Shown: positions 37,741-49,849 of the stretch, piece by piece | How the letters are laid out: every line of letters starts with the position of its first letter | Position numbering within the stretch: the first letter of the stretch is position 1 | DNA from: Basidiobolus meristosporus CBS 931.73 | Lineage: Eukaryota; Fungi; Basidiobolomycota | DNA length: 64,000 nt | Assembly (NCBI GenBank): GCA_002104905.1 | Contig: MCFE01000489.1 | Location: 3,226-67,225 of the forward strand | Direction of reading: 5' to 3' | Made by a program: the position numbers and the translations under genes | Notes under the pieces: model-generated | Told to the model about the DNA's origin: nothing | The model's database searches: none | What the model saw: the letters and a program-made list of their open reading frames with translations, nothing else

Positions 37741-38354
37741 TGTCAGCATGGTTTCCTGGGAGTGTTCTGTGGCCTGGGATTGAAAGTTCAGGTAGCAGCA
37801 GATAGCAATGATCACATTAATCAAAAAGTAGTTGTATGGATAAAAGAGATGATGATTTCTTGTTGAGGGATTGCCTCCCTTATATACTCTTCTCACTGGC
37901 AAAGTAATTACTAATCATGTTGCTCCAGAAGGTTGTGGTGGTCAAATATAAATTTTAATGGCATCAAAATGAGCCAAGAATGCTCTAGGTAGGTGCTACA
38001 AGGTTCTAAAAAGCACAGCACACCCAGCCAGTCAGAAATCAGTACTCTAAGGCCTGTGTTACATGGAATACCATATATGTTATAAAAATGGTAGGGATGG
38101 GGACACAGATTGGTCATGCATCATGTGTACTGGCACATGTGTTTTCCTAATATAGAAACATTTACATCAAGTAATCTTACATGAAGTTAAGGATAACATA
38201 TGCTCTATGGTAAGCAGATGTTATAGTCAGCTAGCTTATGGGATAGTATTCAATAAGTAAGACAAATGGATTAAACTAAAATAAGCATAGTAGAGAAGTA
38301 GGGAAGCAGAAAATATGGGAATGAGCACATCTGTTTGTGGGTGTCACTATGACC
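37741..38354. repeat. ~610-bp LTR-like repeat (same family as 27941-28544)
   Basis: Starts TGTCAG; homologous to 27941-28544; no matching TSD. Confidence 0.75.
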
Positions 38355-41300
38355 CCACTACACTGTAACAGAGGCAGCAGATTAATGTTGATGAGAATCA
38401 GTGGCCAGCAGGATTTGCTGGTAGAGTACTGGTTTGATGAGAATCTATCAGTTGTTAAGGCAAAGGCATGGTCATACATATCTTCAAAGTAGTGCTTGCT
38501 TCTTAGTTGTTTGTAATGTCTGCCATAAAGTATATTGGGAATGCCTACATTTGATTGATACATAGTGCAGTTGTTTATAGCATATATAACAGAGATTTCA
38601 CAGTGCTTTGATGGCTTTATTGCACACCTTGGTTGTCATTGAAGCACCAATATGGCAGCCTACAGCTAGGCCTGTATAATGCTATCATGCCAATTTGCAA
38701 CAATGTACTTGCTTTTCTTCCTTCCCTTGCACCTTTCATATACTCCACTTCAGACCAAACCTTTTTTATTTGCCTAATGACTACTATTTTGGGTGCTCCA
38801 TGCTAAGTTTGATTCACAAAAACTATGGCCTCCTGCTTGCTAACCTCTACATATGCATATGCATGCAGCAGTTGACACACTTCTATCACTTTAACTTCAC
38901 AGCTTTTCAATGTCATACCTACAAAATTGCTATTTATTTTGCATTGCATGAATCATATACATCTTGGAAACATATTCTCAGCTGTAGTCACTGTTACCAA
39001 GAGTATCTTTGAACATCCGCAAAATACTTCTTAGTACTTGGCCAATATATTCTTTCTCATTGCTGGACTGTGGCTCTGCTTGTGGGTGTGCTCAGATTCT
39101 TGTTGTTTGGACTTCATATTGAAAGGTGTCAAACTTAACTGGTAACCAGGAGAACTCCCAAATACTTGAGTAAAGTTGTGCCAATGAAAATTTGTTGCTT
39201 ATTGTGTCAAACTAAACCTTGCATTACCTAACTGATTACCAATGTATTGGGGCTGCTTAGCTTCTTGATGCCAATGGCATAGGTATCTTCATGTGCACAT
39301 CTGAGATCTGTATTTTCCAACTCTTCTTGGCTGTCCTTCATGTCCCAACTCATTGCATCCATGACAGACTTAAAAGTAATATTCATGATAAGATTGGAAA
39401 TGGTAGTACCTGCAACTAGACTTGTACACATATAGCAATACCCACAAGTGGATTCATCTTCCTTTCTCCCCACACATACACTCTGTCAAAAACTCCCAGC
39501 AGGTGAAATGTGCCTAATACTCTGAGATTACTCAGTAAGATGGAGTATAGTGCATATACAGTAGAAGTAGATATCTACACATATAACTCTATACTCATAG
39601 TACAGCCTCTCAAATCCAATGAAAAATTCATCACAAATAGGCTGCAGTTCACCAAATTGGCATTGGTGGTCCAAATCTGGATAAGTAATCCTTAAATGTC
39701 AATATAAGACTCTCAATGCTTCCAATGTACTCATGTTGGAAATTGTCTTCAAATGCTACTTGAATGAATATAAGTCCAGTTCATCCAGTCCTTGTATTTG
39801 AGTTGATACATATGCATATGAGGATTGAATGGAGCTATTGAGAAGTCCTTTGGATAGCAGGTTCTCTCCAGTAACTTGCTGATCTGTTCAAGCTTATCTG
39901 CTATCTCAACGGCCTTATTTAGCTTGAAATGCCCCATGTACAACTCTGTATTTAGTATAGGGATACTATTTAAGCGCAAATGTGTTGCTACCAGTGCATA
40001 GCTTTTACCACAACACATCCCATCTTGCTTAGCCATCTCTGTTTTTTGATTTGATCCATATTCTGGCTAGTAGCTTATAGCTCACTAGGATAAATTCTAT
40101 AGCATGATATCTTCTGTATGCTCTCTCTGTGGGAACATGATGCTCTAAGTGCTGAGATTTGGACAGTAATAATCTGTGTGAGTTAACAGTGAATCTGCTG
40201 GATCTTGCATATTGTCAGCAATACTGATTATTTTGCTCAGGAAAGTCAGCTATCTTGCTAATAGCTGGATATCTCTAATGCAGATAATTATATACACATT
40301 AATATGATTGCCACTACTAGTAGAACTCTGGATAACATAAAAATTCATCCAGCAATGAATAAGGGTAGCAACTCAAGATGAATGGTTACTAAGATCCAAA
40401 TATCTATGAGACTACCACTTGGTTCCTGATCTGATACTGTAAGATTGGGAGCAGACTAAGGCTCATAAGAACTAGTAGCCCACAGAATATACTGATAGAT
40501 TACTTGCTGAATGAGAATCCCTCATATACCAAAGCAAAGGCATAGTCTTACATAAGCTCAAAGTAGCTAGTGCTTCTTAGCTCTTTGTAAAGTTTACTCT
40601 TAAATGTATAGGACATGCCTGTGCTCACATGACAATGAATGTGGTACTCCAAAGCCTGACAATACTTATTGGACTGCATGAGACTCCTTAGTGAGGGTAT
40701 TACCAAAATATATCTGGAGTGTAACAATGTTTTCCTCTAGTGGTGGTGAGTTCCAAATAAGCTGCACACCTTGCAAGTGTTATATTTTTGATGTAAATGT
40801 AATGCAATTGTTAACATATGCTGGTATCCGGCAGTCTCTGGATCATTTATTGCTAGCTGTGTGATGGTTGCCAATTGTACCATGTTCATGGTAAGTTTCA
40901 TCCTGGAATGATTTTGGTAAGGAGCAGTAGTAAATTAGAAGTGAATTTGGTATAGATGCATGCATAGGTAACACTATTCCCACTTTGGCTTGACTCACTT
41001 CCAAATATATGCTTACAAACAATGAAGCAAAGCTGCTGGATTCCCAACCAAGTCTGATAGCTGACAGCAGCTCAAAAATAGTTGGACTATGGCATGCTTT
41101 GTCAGTCACGGCAACAAGTGAGGCTACATTTAAAAAGGCCACGCTGATGGTGAGCCCAATGGAGATAATAATGCAGACTCCTCAAGCTCTCAGTCCAGTA
41201 GGTAGTAGTGAACCTTGGTAAAGCTGCAAGCTGACCATAATTCACACGCAGAAGAGGAAGCAACAATTATAGTATCTGTGGTGCAAACCAGCAAATAATG

Positions 41301-41450
41301 ATTATCATATTACCACCACCAGAACTTGCTGGAATGCTGTTAAATCATATCAGAACATTCATGTGGAAAATTGATTCAGTGGTTACTGGAATAAAAACAA
41401 CAGTACAGAGAACTCAGGAGTAGTGAAGAGACATGATAAGCAGATAAAAT

Positions 41451-41631
41451 AGACTTGTTGCATCATACTAGCTGATCATAGTGCCCAATAGTGCCATATC
41501 ATGCCAAATGATGCTATACAGTGCCAATTTAGGATCAAAATTGACATGCATATGACCCTAAAATACCAAATTAATAGCAAAATATACAGCACTTTCTGGC
41601 ACTATGATCAAAGGCACAATGGAACAAGTCT
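41451..41631. mobile_element. 181-bp MITE of the AGACTTG family
   Basis: AAT|AGACTTGTT...AACAAGTCT|AAT; internal ATAGTGCC/GGCACTAT motifs. Confidence 0.85.
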
Positions 41632-41667
41632 AATGTGTAAAGTAATCAAATATCCCAGGTAGAGAAT

Positions 41668-42400
41668 AGACTTGTTCCGTTGGATAGTGCCACATTGAGC
41701 TATGAGTGCAAAATGATGCCATGGTGTGCCAGGGAGGCCAAGTGAGCTTATACTTGGCCACAGAGTGTGAAACAAAGCTCTGCATCTTCATGCAAAGCAG
41801 CCCCTGTGTTTCACCCATTGAGCTGGAAAAAATCCATTTTTTTACCTTTTTTTTTGAATCAATGTCATGCAGGATGTGTAAGAGCACAAAAATATATAAG
41901 ACATGCATTGGGTACTCAATACCCATGGCACTCTGAATCTAGCTCCTGTAGCTTGTATCATGTCATAAAAATGAATGGCACTATCTTGGTCCACTGGCGC
42001 TATCTGGCACTATGAGTGTTTTATATAGGTTTTACTTTAGGGCTAATATTTAAATATAGTGCCAGATAGTATCAGTGGACCAAGATAGTGCCATTCATAT
42101 TTGTGACATGATACAAGTCACAGAAGCTAGATTCAGAGTGCCATGGGTTTTGAGTATCAGATGCATGTCTTCAGTCCTTCTGTGCTCTCACACATCCTGA
42201 CAATATTGATTCAAAAAAAAAGGTCAAAAAATGGATTTTCTCCAGCTCAATGGGTGAAACACAGGGGCTGCTTTGCATGTAGATGCAGAGCTGTGTTTCA
42301 CACTCTGTGGCCAAGTATAGGCTCACTTGGCCTCCCTGGCACAGTATGGCATCATTTGGCACTCATGGCTCAATGTGGCACTATCCAATGGAACAAGTCT
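41668..42400. mobile_element. 733-bp foldback element (long inverted arms ~345 bp, short spacer)
   Basis: AAT|AGACTTGTTCC...GGAACAAGTCT|AAT; arms are reverse complements along their length. Confidence 0.95.
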
Positions 42401-43700
42401 AATATAATATCTTTGCATCAAAGACGCAATTGAAGTGGCTCAATATCACACTCCAAAATTGAGCAATTTTTCATTGTGACAGCAGAGCAGTACCACAAAT
42501 TCTTTAAAGTACAGCATCAGTGCCCATAGAGGAAGCCTACAGATAAACTAATCATTTTATGGCTGGGAGTGGCAGTTATCAATATATCACAGAGCATATA
42601 TCATACAACTTCTCATCATTGCACTCAAGGGCTTCACAGATCTGCAAAGTGGCTAGTATTCAAGAAACTCTAAGAAGTCTAGCATACCATCACCTTATGT
42701 CCATAGTACCATGGAACCATCAGGAGCTCAAGGCTAAGCAGAATGTTCTTGACTTATTTGATGATCATAATTTTTGATTCAAAATTGCAATTTTATTATG
42801 GGCCAGAATTGGGAGGCTAAGATTGTATCTCAAGAATAGCTGAAACTGCTGAAGGCAGAAAAACAAGGGTTTCATGGTCAAAAGCTAGAGGCTTCCTTAA
42901 AAGCCTGTTGCAAGCAGGGCCAAAAGCTCTATACTGGTGGCAAAGAGACATCAGGTAGCCAGAACAGCACCTTTAAGGGACAACAAGGCAGAGATATACA
43001 CACCTGTGCTTTATTTATCAAGGAGAAAATGCAGTACTATAAAAGAAGTTATCAGTCAAAGTTGTAGTGAAACACCCGGTTGTGATCAAGTCAAAGCTAG
43101 CTGGAAGAATATTTACCCATGCCATAGACAGGGAAGTGTGAGAAAAAATCTGCAGCTTTCATTAATCAATGTATTTAGCCCAGAATAGGCTTAATCAAAC
43201 AATAGTAAGGAAGAAATGCCAACAGGACCACTGCTATTTTCTCAAGTGCTGGAAGCACAGCCAGCTGAGCTACACCCCAGTGAGGTAGATGGGTTTGCAG
43301 AGAAAGATAACTTGTCATCAACAGCCTCTATATCTCTTATTGTTAACAAAATGGAGATCTCACTAATAGACAAAGTAGTAATATATCAAAATTAGAGGGC
43401 TATCAATTACCTACAGTATAACTTTGGAGCACAAACAGTCACACCAATAGGTTACTAAAGAACATGCACTTGAATATTACAATAATAATTTGCAAAGACT
43501 TCAAGATAAGGTACTAGACCAGGATGTATTGGTACTGGTTGGTGAGTAGTGGCATAAAGCTGTAGGGTTCCTGCTAAAGTCAGGAAAAAAGGGCTTTATG
43601 GCTGACGCACTGGTTGAAAAGTGGATTTTACTGGAGTTATTAGTTGAAGGTAAGACTGAGCTTAACCTTAGCACAATGAAAAGTAATTGTGAATATCCCA
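42401..43700 (+). mobile_element. Possible non-LTR (LINE) retrotransposon relic
   Basis: Weak degenerate motifs resembling APE end (DDHNF), PSEVDGF and ISLI.K.....N*RAI (compare LINE RT ITLIPK...NWRPI). Confidence 0.3.
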
Positions 43701-45349
43701 TCTAAAGGCTATGATAAGATTTATATCTTGTGACTAAGTGTTACTAATGCTGTCAGGACACCATGTAAGGACCATTAAAAAGCTGCTCCCTATATTTCAT
43801 CAAAAACTCATCCAAATTATGTATCACAACCATACAGAAGTGGCATTGACTAGTATTCTACTAATTCTTGCACTTTCTAATTCCAGATACTCAATCAATT
43901 CCTAAACTTCTGTACATTGACTTGATAGTGCAGCTTTCTCACTCTCCTTACTTCCAGACTTGTGCAATGCTCTTACTTTTCATGCATAATAATAGGTTTA
44001 TTTCTGTTCAATCTTTGGTTGCAACTCAACTTCCATTATTACTTACCTGTACAATTCTGTTTACACTACACCAACATTTAGCACAACCTCAATTTAACAA
44101 GTAACTCCATTCAAGTTCACCATTCAACAATATTTCTGCCAAAACATCTGGTACCCAAGAGTTCAGCAGGAGCCCAACAGCTTTATGCCATTAATTCTTT
44201 CAATGGGTCCCATATTTCCTGGTCTTCAGCTTCCACTGCAAGGCCCAGTACCTCATCTGCTAATCTTTGCAATAAGCTCTCAATATATTCAAGTGCATTT
44301 CTCCAGCACTACTATTGTACAAGTACTACAGCCTTTAACTGTTCTTGTTGTTGCCTCAAATTTCACTCTAGGTATTCTAACAGTCTTTTGAGCTCTTGAC
44401 ATTGTTGCTCTATCTTTCAGCAAGATCTCCACTTTGCCTACAATAGACAATGTGGAGGCTGTGTCACACAAGTCACCTTACTCAGCAAACTCAGCAACCT
44501 CATTGTTGTTCAGCTCTTGTTGTGATGCTTCCAACTGTTGAGAAAAACTGTTTTCTTATTGGCAATTTTCAATGCTACTGTTGGCTGCAGCCTGTTCTGG
44601 GCTGATGGAGTTTATCAGTAAGAGCTACAGCTTTCTTTCTGGCCTCTCTGTCTATGGCCTGGGTTGCCACCTCTGCCAGAACCTGATTTTTCTTTGCTGA
44701 GTTGTTAGAGCTTTTGGCCCTGCTTGTGATGGGCTCCTCAAAAAGCCACAGGGTTTCATTGCTGTCAAAACTAATGCTGTTACTTTACCTAAATGCTTCA
44801 TGTATTGAGCTATACTTTCTCCTTAATAAATGCTGTACTGGTGTGTTTGTTTCTGCCAGCATACTCCTAACTAGCACTCTTGTAGCAACCTGGCATTTCT
44901 TTGCCACTTGTATTAGGCTTTGACCCTTGTTGTGATGGACTCCTGAAGATGCTGTTGTTTCTTATCACTGCTAGGCCCTTCACTGATACATTAACTGGAT
45001 GCCTCTTAGATGAAAATTTATTTGTTGCTTAATTAATATTGTGCTGGACATCCATGTCTGCCTGCATGTCCCATATTGGAAATATTTGGCTACCTGTTTT
45101 TTTTTGCAGCTTGTTTATAGCATTTGCCCTGCTTATGACAGGCCCTTGAGGGAGTTGCTGGCCTCAGCCATGGAAAACTTGTCCTTCAGCCCTTGATAGT
45201 TTCTGCTACTCTTGAAATGTTTTCTTAGCATACCAAAGGTCTGAGCTTTGCTATAGAAGTGAAATGCACTACCGGTAGTATATTTCAAGTTTAAATTTAA
45301 GGATATTAAGGAGAATTGTACCTTCTATTGATATATCAAGCTCCCAATT

Positions 45350-46418
45350 GTTATGATCTGCCGCTTGAATGTTTAAGTTAGATCAGTTTTTAGTCAAATC
45401 AATAAGTTATATGTCTATCTTATCAGTATATCAGTATTATCTATCAAATCAGTAGCATTAGTCAGCAAATGAATCAGCAAATTCTTATCAGATAGAAATA
45501 AATATATTAAGTAGGATCTTATTGGGTGATGATGATGCAATCAAATGAGTCATCCGCCACAGCCTATATTAGGAAATACAATTAGTCAGCAATTGATCTG
45601 GCAAAATGTATATAAGGAGCTGCTGTGTTGTGCATCAACATTTAAAACTTAGCCAATTTTACTCCGTTTGAAAATCTAGTACCCTAACTGATTTTCCCTA
45701 ACCCAAACATAACAAATCCCAGTTACAGTTTATTTTTTCCACCTCAGAATCTATTTTTAGCTATCACACCTGATCTATTTTCAAATAGTCATTACATTAT
45801 CAACCTATCTGCCAAGCCTTCCCAGGTGATTAGTCATCTGAGATCTATCCAACCACTGTGCAGTTGCCAAGACATCAGTTGATTGATGATGTAATTTTCA
45901 CTTATCTTATGCACCTATGAGCACCCAAATTGATTTCATTCAATCCAGTCCCTTGGCGCTTACTAATTCAACTTGATCAAAAAAGTATAAATAAAGTTTA
46001 CTGAACCTTTTGGTTTAGTGTGTGTCTCAACAAAATTAAGATTCTGTCTCAGCAAAAATAAGAATCCAACAATTCCGTTCTAGTTTCTATCCAAGCCTAG
46101 TATATCTAGCACTCCAAAGAACACAAAGCCTAGCCTGCCTAGCAAACAAATATCATTGTCTTTATAGCCAACCCAGCTATATCCAAGACCAATATTAGAT
46201 CAGAATCTTTCTGCTAATATTTCCGCCACTCTCTGACAATTCTAAGATTCTGCACTTAATTGTCCCTTTGGTTCAGTTAAACCATTCAAGAGTTTTATTA
46301 CACTTTCTCTTGGATACAACATGCTGGAACCTCAATAAAGATCAGTCCAAGTTTTAGTGACTATTATACCAGCTAAACTCCCTATTCCTCTACAACTCTT
46401 ATACTAAGACTTGTAACA
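45350..46418 (+). repeat. Solo Gypsy LTR split by a nested solo LTR
   Basis: 45350-45625 plus 46327-46418 reconstruct the ~368-bp LTR; flanks CAAT(T)|...|CAAT(A). Confidence 0.92.
45626..46321. repeat. 696-bp solo LTR (TGTTG...CAACA) with 5-bp TSD TGCTG
   Basis: TGCTG|TGTTGTGC...GATACAACA|TGCTG. Confidence 0.9.
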
Positions 46419-46465
46419 CAATAGACTGTCTCAGTAGTAGCATGCAAAATGCTGTCTTATACATT

Positions 46466-46876
46466 TGGCTTGTTCTGTTGGATAGTGCCAATTTGTGCCA
46501 GAGAGGCATAGCAGACCTAAACCTGGCCACAGAGTGTCAAACATAGCTCTTCATCTTCATTCAAAGCAGCCCCTGTTTTTCTCCCATTATGCTGGAGAAA
46601 ATCCATTTTTTGACCTTTTTTGATCAATGTTATGCAGTATGTGTAAGAGCACAGAAGGACTGAAGGGATGCCTTTGGTACTCAATGCTAATGGGACTCTG
46701 AATCTAGCTCATGTTACTTGTATCATATTGCAAAAATGCATGGCACTATCTTGGTCCATGAGTACTATTAGGCACTATATTAAGATATTAGCCCCAAAGT
46801 AAAAACAATAAAAAGCACTGATAGGCATCATTTGCCACTCATGGCACAATGTGGCACTATCCAACTGAACAAGTCT
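46466..46876. mobile_element. AGACTTG-family element, one long arm plus short right end
   Basis: ATT|TGGCTTGTTC...GAACAAGTCT|ATT; homologous to the left arm of 41668-42400. Confidence 0.85.
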
Positions 46877-46879
46877 ATT

Positions 46880-47592
46880 TGATTAGACTCTATGTTACAG
46901 ACAAAGCCCCAAACTAGTCATAATATAGCACAATTCATCATGTAGCTGATTATATATAACCCAAAAACTGTGCTAATACTAACATATGTCCATGGTGGCA
47001 TTGCATCCACATCAATAAATGCCACCATTGCAAGGTGTATAGCTTGACACAAATCCACCACCATAGGAATGAAACATTGTATGCATTCTGGATATATCCT
47101 GGCAATATCCATCCCAAAAAGCCAATCTAGTCCAACAAAAATTGAGAAGCTACAGGGTGCTGCACTTAATATCAATTAAGCCCACACATTTCCAATATCT
47201 CTGATGGCTAACATTGCAAGCTGCTAAGAAGTAATGGCTGCATTAAAGGTGTATATGACCATGCCTTTGCCTTGGTACTAGATGGGTTCATGATCAACAA
47301 GTACTCTGCCAGCAAATCCTGCTGGCCCCAGATTCTCAACAACTTGAATCTGCCACTAATGTTATGGTATTACAGCAGATATATGATGGTAGTCCCAGTG
47401 ATATCTTTGCATCCATCACTGTATAACCAGGAAAGCTACCTGTATCCATTGCTGGATGAATATGTATTCTTTCCAGCAGGATACAAGTATATAGTCATCA
47501 TATCAAAGCATATATTATTATCTGTATTGGAGTAACCCTAGCAATCAACAGAATAGCTGGCTTTCCTGCACTAAATGGATAGTAGTGCTGTC
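46880..47592 (+). mobile_element. CACTA transposase relic (central DDE region)
   Basis: YDHAFALVLDGFMINKYSASKSCWPQILNNLNLP...SYLYPLLDE...G.NG..CC matches the Tnp2 pattern (TDG...SCWP..LN.NLPP...FL.PLVDEL). Confidence 0.85.
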
Positions 47593-47875
47593 AAGATATC
47601 TCAAAAATGGCCTCCAAGTACCCCAAATTATTTCTGATACTATAGATGATTATTTGGTTGCTCACAACTTTCCAGTTGTATTTAAATGTAAATATTTCAA
47701 GAATCAACCTGGTCCTAATATGGAAGTTTGTGAAATTTATAACCATTTCAAATCTTGGTTTAAAGATATGCATCCAAGCCACAAAATTCCAACATTGGAA
47801 AAGTTTGCAAATGTTCTTAACTTAAACTGGGATGGTATATTAGAGGGCATATATATTTCTTATGAAGAGATGTAA
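47585..47875 (+). pseudogene. AT-rich fragment resembling the C-terminus of a D5-family primase/helicase of large DNA viruses
   Basis: RYLKNGLQVPQIISDTIDDYL...EVCEIYNHFKSWFKDMHPSHKIPTLEKF matches the recalled pattern Y...GL..P..V...T..Y...LY..FK.W......K.P....F; low GC; no upstream helicase core. Confidence 0.5.
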
Positions 47876-48055
47876 TTGTGTTTGATTTTTTTATAAATAT
47901 GTAGTTTATCTTAACTTTACTTTTGTAAACTATATTTTTTTTAAAAAGCTTTGAATCATACTTGTTAATTATTTTTGTAAACAATATTTTTACCTCTGAG
48001 TAAACTTTTTCTTTAAAAGGTTTTTTATCAGATGTGTATTTAATCAAGAGACCTT

Positions 48056-49400
48056 TTGTAGCAATTTCTACCAAGAGTACATTGTATGCATTGGGAGTCA
48101 TATGATGACATTGAAGGAAAATTTATCCTGAAACAGATCACCAAAGTCAATTTCAAGCATCTACAGCTTTTATGCAAGGGATTTGTGATGGAACCTGAAC
48201 TGCAACAATATCAACTTTGAGTCTATCATAAAGTTGTCAAGATATTTCAGAGTATTGCTACCAAAAGTATCACCCGCATGCTTTAATCAATATCTTTATG
48301 CATATGTCACCCTACAAATGCAAGGACTGGATGAGCTGAATAAGTATTTTTTCAAGTGGCCTTCCAATGCTATTTTCATCAGAAGTATATTAGTAGCATT
48401 GGGAGTCAGACATTGATATTGTAGGTATTTTTATTCAGACATGGATCACAAATCCCAATTTGTAACATGTACAGCTTTTGGGAGCTTTTGATGGGATTTG
48501 AGTGACTATACTACTAGCATATAGCTGAGTGTACAGGTCTCTGCTGCCACTTTATCCATTCTCTGCTCCATTTTGCTTGGTGTGTGGAGAGTGTTGAGTC
48601 TTCCTACATGTTTTGGGAGCTTTATATGGAGTAGATGTTTAGAGACATGGCAAGATGAGTCCAGTTGCAGGTACTACCCCATCCCAATCCTTTCAAGAGC
48701 TCCACCTTTATATCTGCTATGAATGAGCTGATCTGGCACAAGGAGGATAGCCAGGAAGAGTTGGAAAACACTCAAGACAGTTGTGTACTTGGAGACATCT
48801 TTGCAATTGTCATTAGGAAGCTTAGCAGCCCAAAAGCATAGGTATTGAATTAAGAATTGCAAGGTTGGCTTGGACAATACAACCTATTAACTTTTCAGGA
48901 CAACTCTACATAAGTAAGCCTTGTTCCTCCTGCTGGCAAGGTAGCTTCTACACAGTTCTACTAAGAATGCAAACAAACATGACCCAGAGCACACCCATAT
49001 GGGGGACCAGAATTAAGCAGGGATAAGGAATAGATTTGATAAGAACCAAGAAGTTGTTGCATATATTAAGGCTGTATTCATGGCAATAGTGGCAGCAACT
49101 AAGCATATGTATGCACAATGTATTTATCAACAGCAATTTAAGGTATTTATTTATTTATTCCATATAAGCTACTACATGCATTAGCCAGTAAGGTATGTTC
49201 ATATAAATGTAGACAGCTATACTACTGTCAAACTTCCATGCAATTCTTGCCAAAATACTGTTCCAATATTGTACAGCTTTTAACATAATTTAGCAGTACA
49301 TCTAGCAAATGCCATCCCAATCCTGCCATAGGTATGTGTAAAGGGTTAATAGCTCCAATCTGCCAGCATTTTAATAGCCTCATTTCAGTAGCCATATATT
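48056..49400 (+). mobile_element. CACTA transposase relic (C-terminal part, partly duplicated)
   Basis: FIHSLLHFAWCVE...YMFWELYME*MFR resembles H.LLH...CI...GP...W.F.MER; reverse-complement homolog of 36140-37190 and 38560-39800. Confidence 0.7.
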
Positions 49401-49790
49401 GTTCTTAAGTCAATTATCCCATCATTGCCAAGCTTGATTCTGGCAAGGTTATGAGCTTGTTTGAGGTCAATCTCAAAGGGCACTTTGGCAGTTGAAAGGT
49501 GATCCAGTAAGGTGATAATCAGGGGTAAAGGATACTGGCTTTTGATTGTGATCTTATTCAGTCCTTGATAGTCTATTCATGCCTGTTGGGTACCATTGTC
49601 TTTCTGACAAAGAGGCTAGGAGCACTTGCTGGAAACCTATAACAGTGAATAAGATCTTTCTGCAAGCTTTTTTGATATAGCCATGGGGTACTTTTAGCTT
49701 GGGTTGCAAGAAATTCTTTTTGGAAACTAGCTTGTTTCTGTGGGCAGTTAAAATCAGGATCAACCATCAAGATCCCCCAATGAGACAGCC
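49400..49790 (-). mobile_element. Fragment of a different Gypsy RT
   Basis: PASAPSLFVRK...IDYQGLNKITIKSQYPLP. Confidence 0.7.
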
Positions 49791-49849
49791 ATAATGCTTG
49801 CAGCTTGGAATTAATGGCCCTATTTTAAATCTTATGTGGGGATTATGGT

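Larger units (their letters stand above)
36140..41450 (-). mobile_element. Stacked degenerate CACTA (EnSpm) transposase relics, interrupted by LTRs
   Basis: Tnp2/Transposase_21-type motifs HYKQLRSKHYFEDMYDHAFALTTDRF...SCWPLILININLLP (38276-38563) and LYKELRS.SYFE..DYAFAL.YEGF (~40450-40620); repeated C-terminal segments at ~36140-37190 and ~38560-39480. Confidence 0.8.

Noticed and set aside
41630-42433. ORFs inside the foldback elements (MGIEYPMH..., MQNDAMVC...)
   Set aside because: They appear symmetrically in both arms and vary by frameshift among copies; not a transposase
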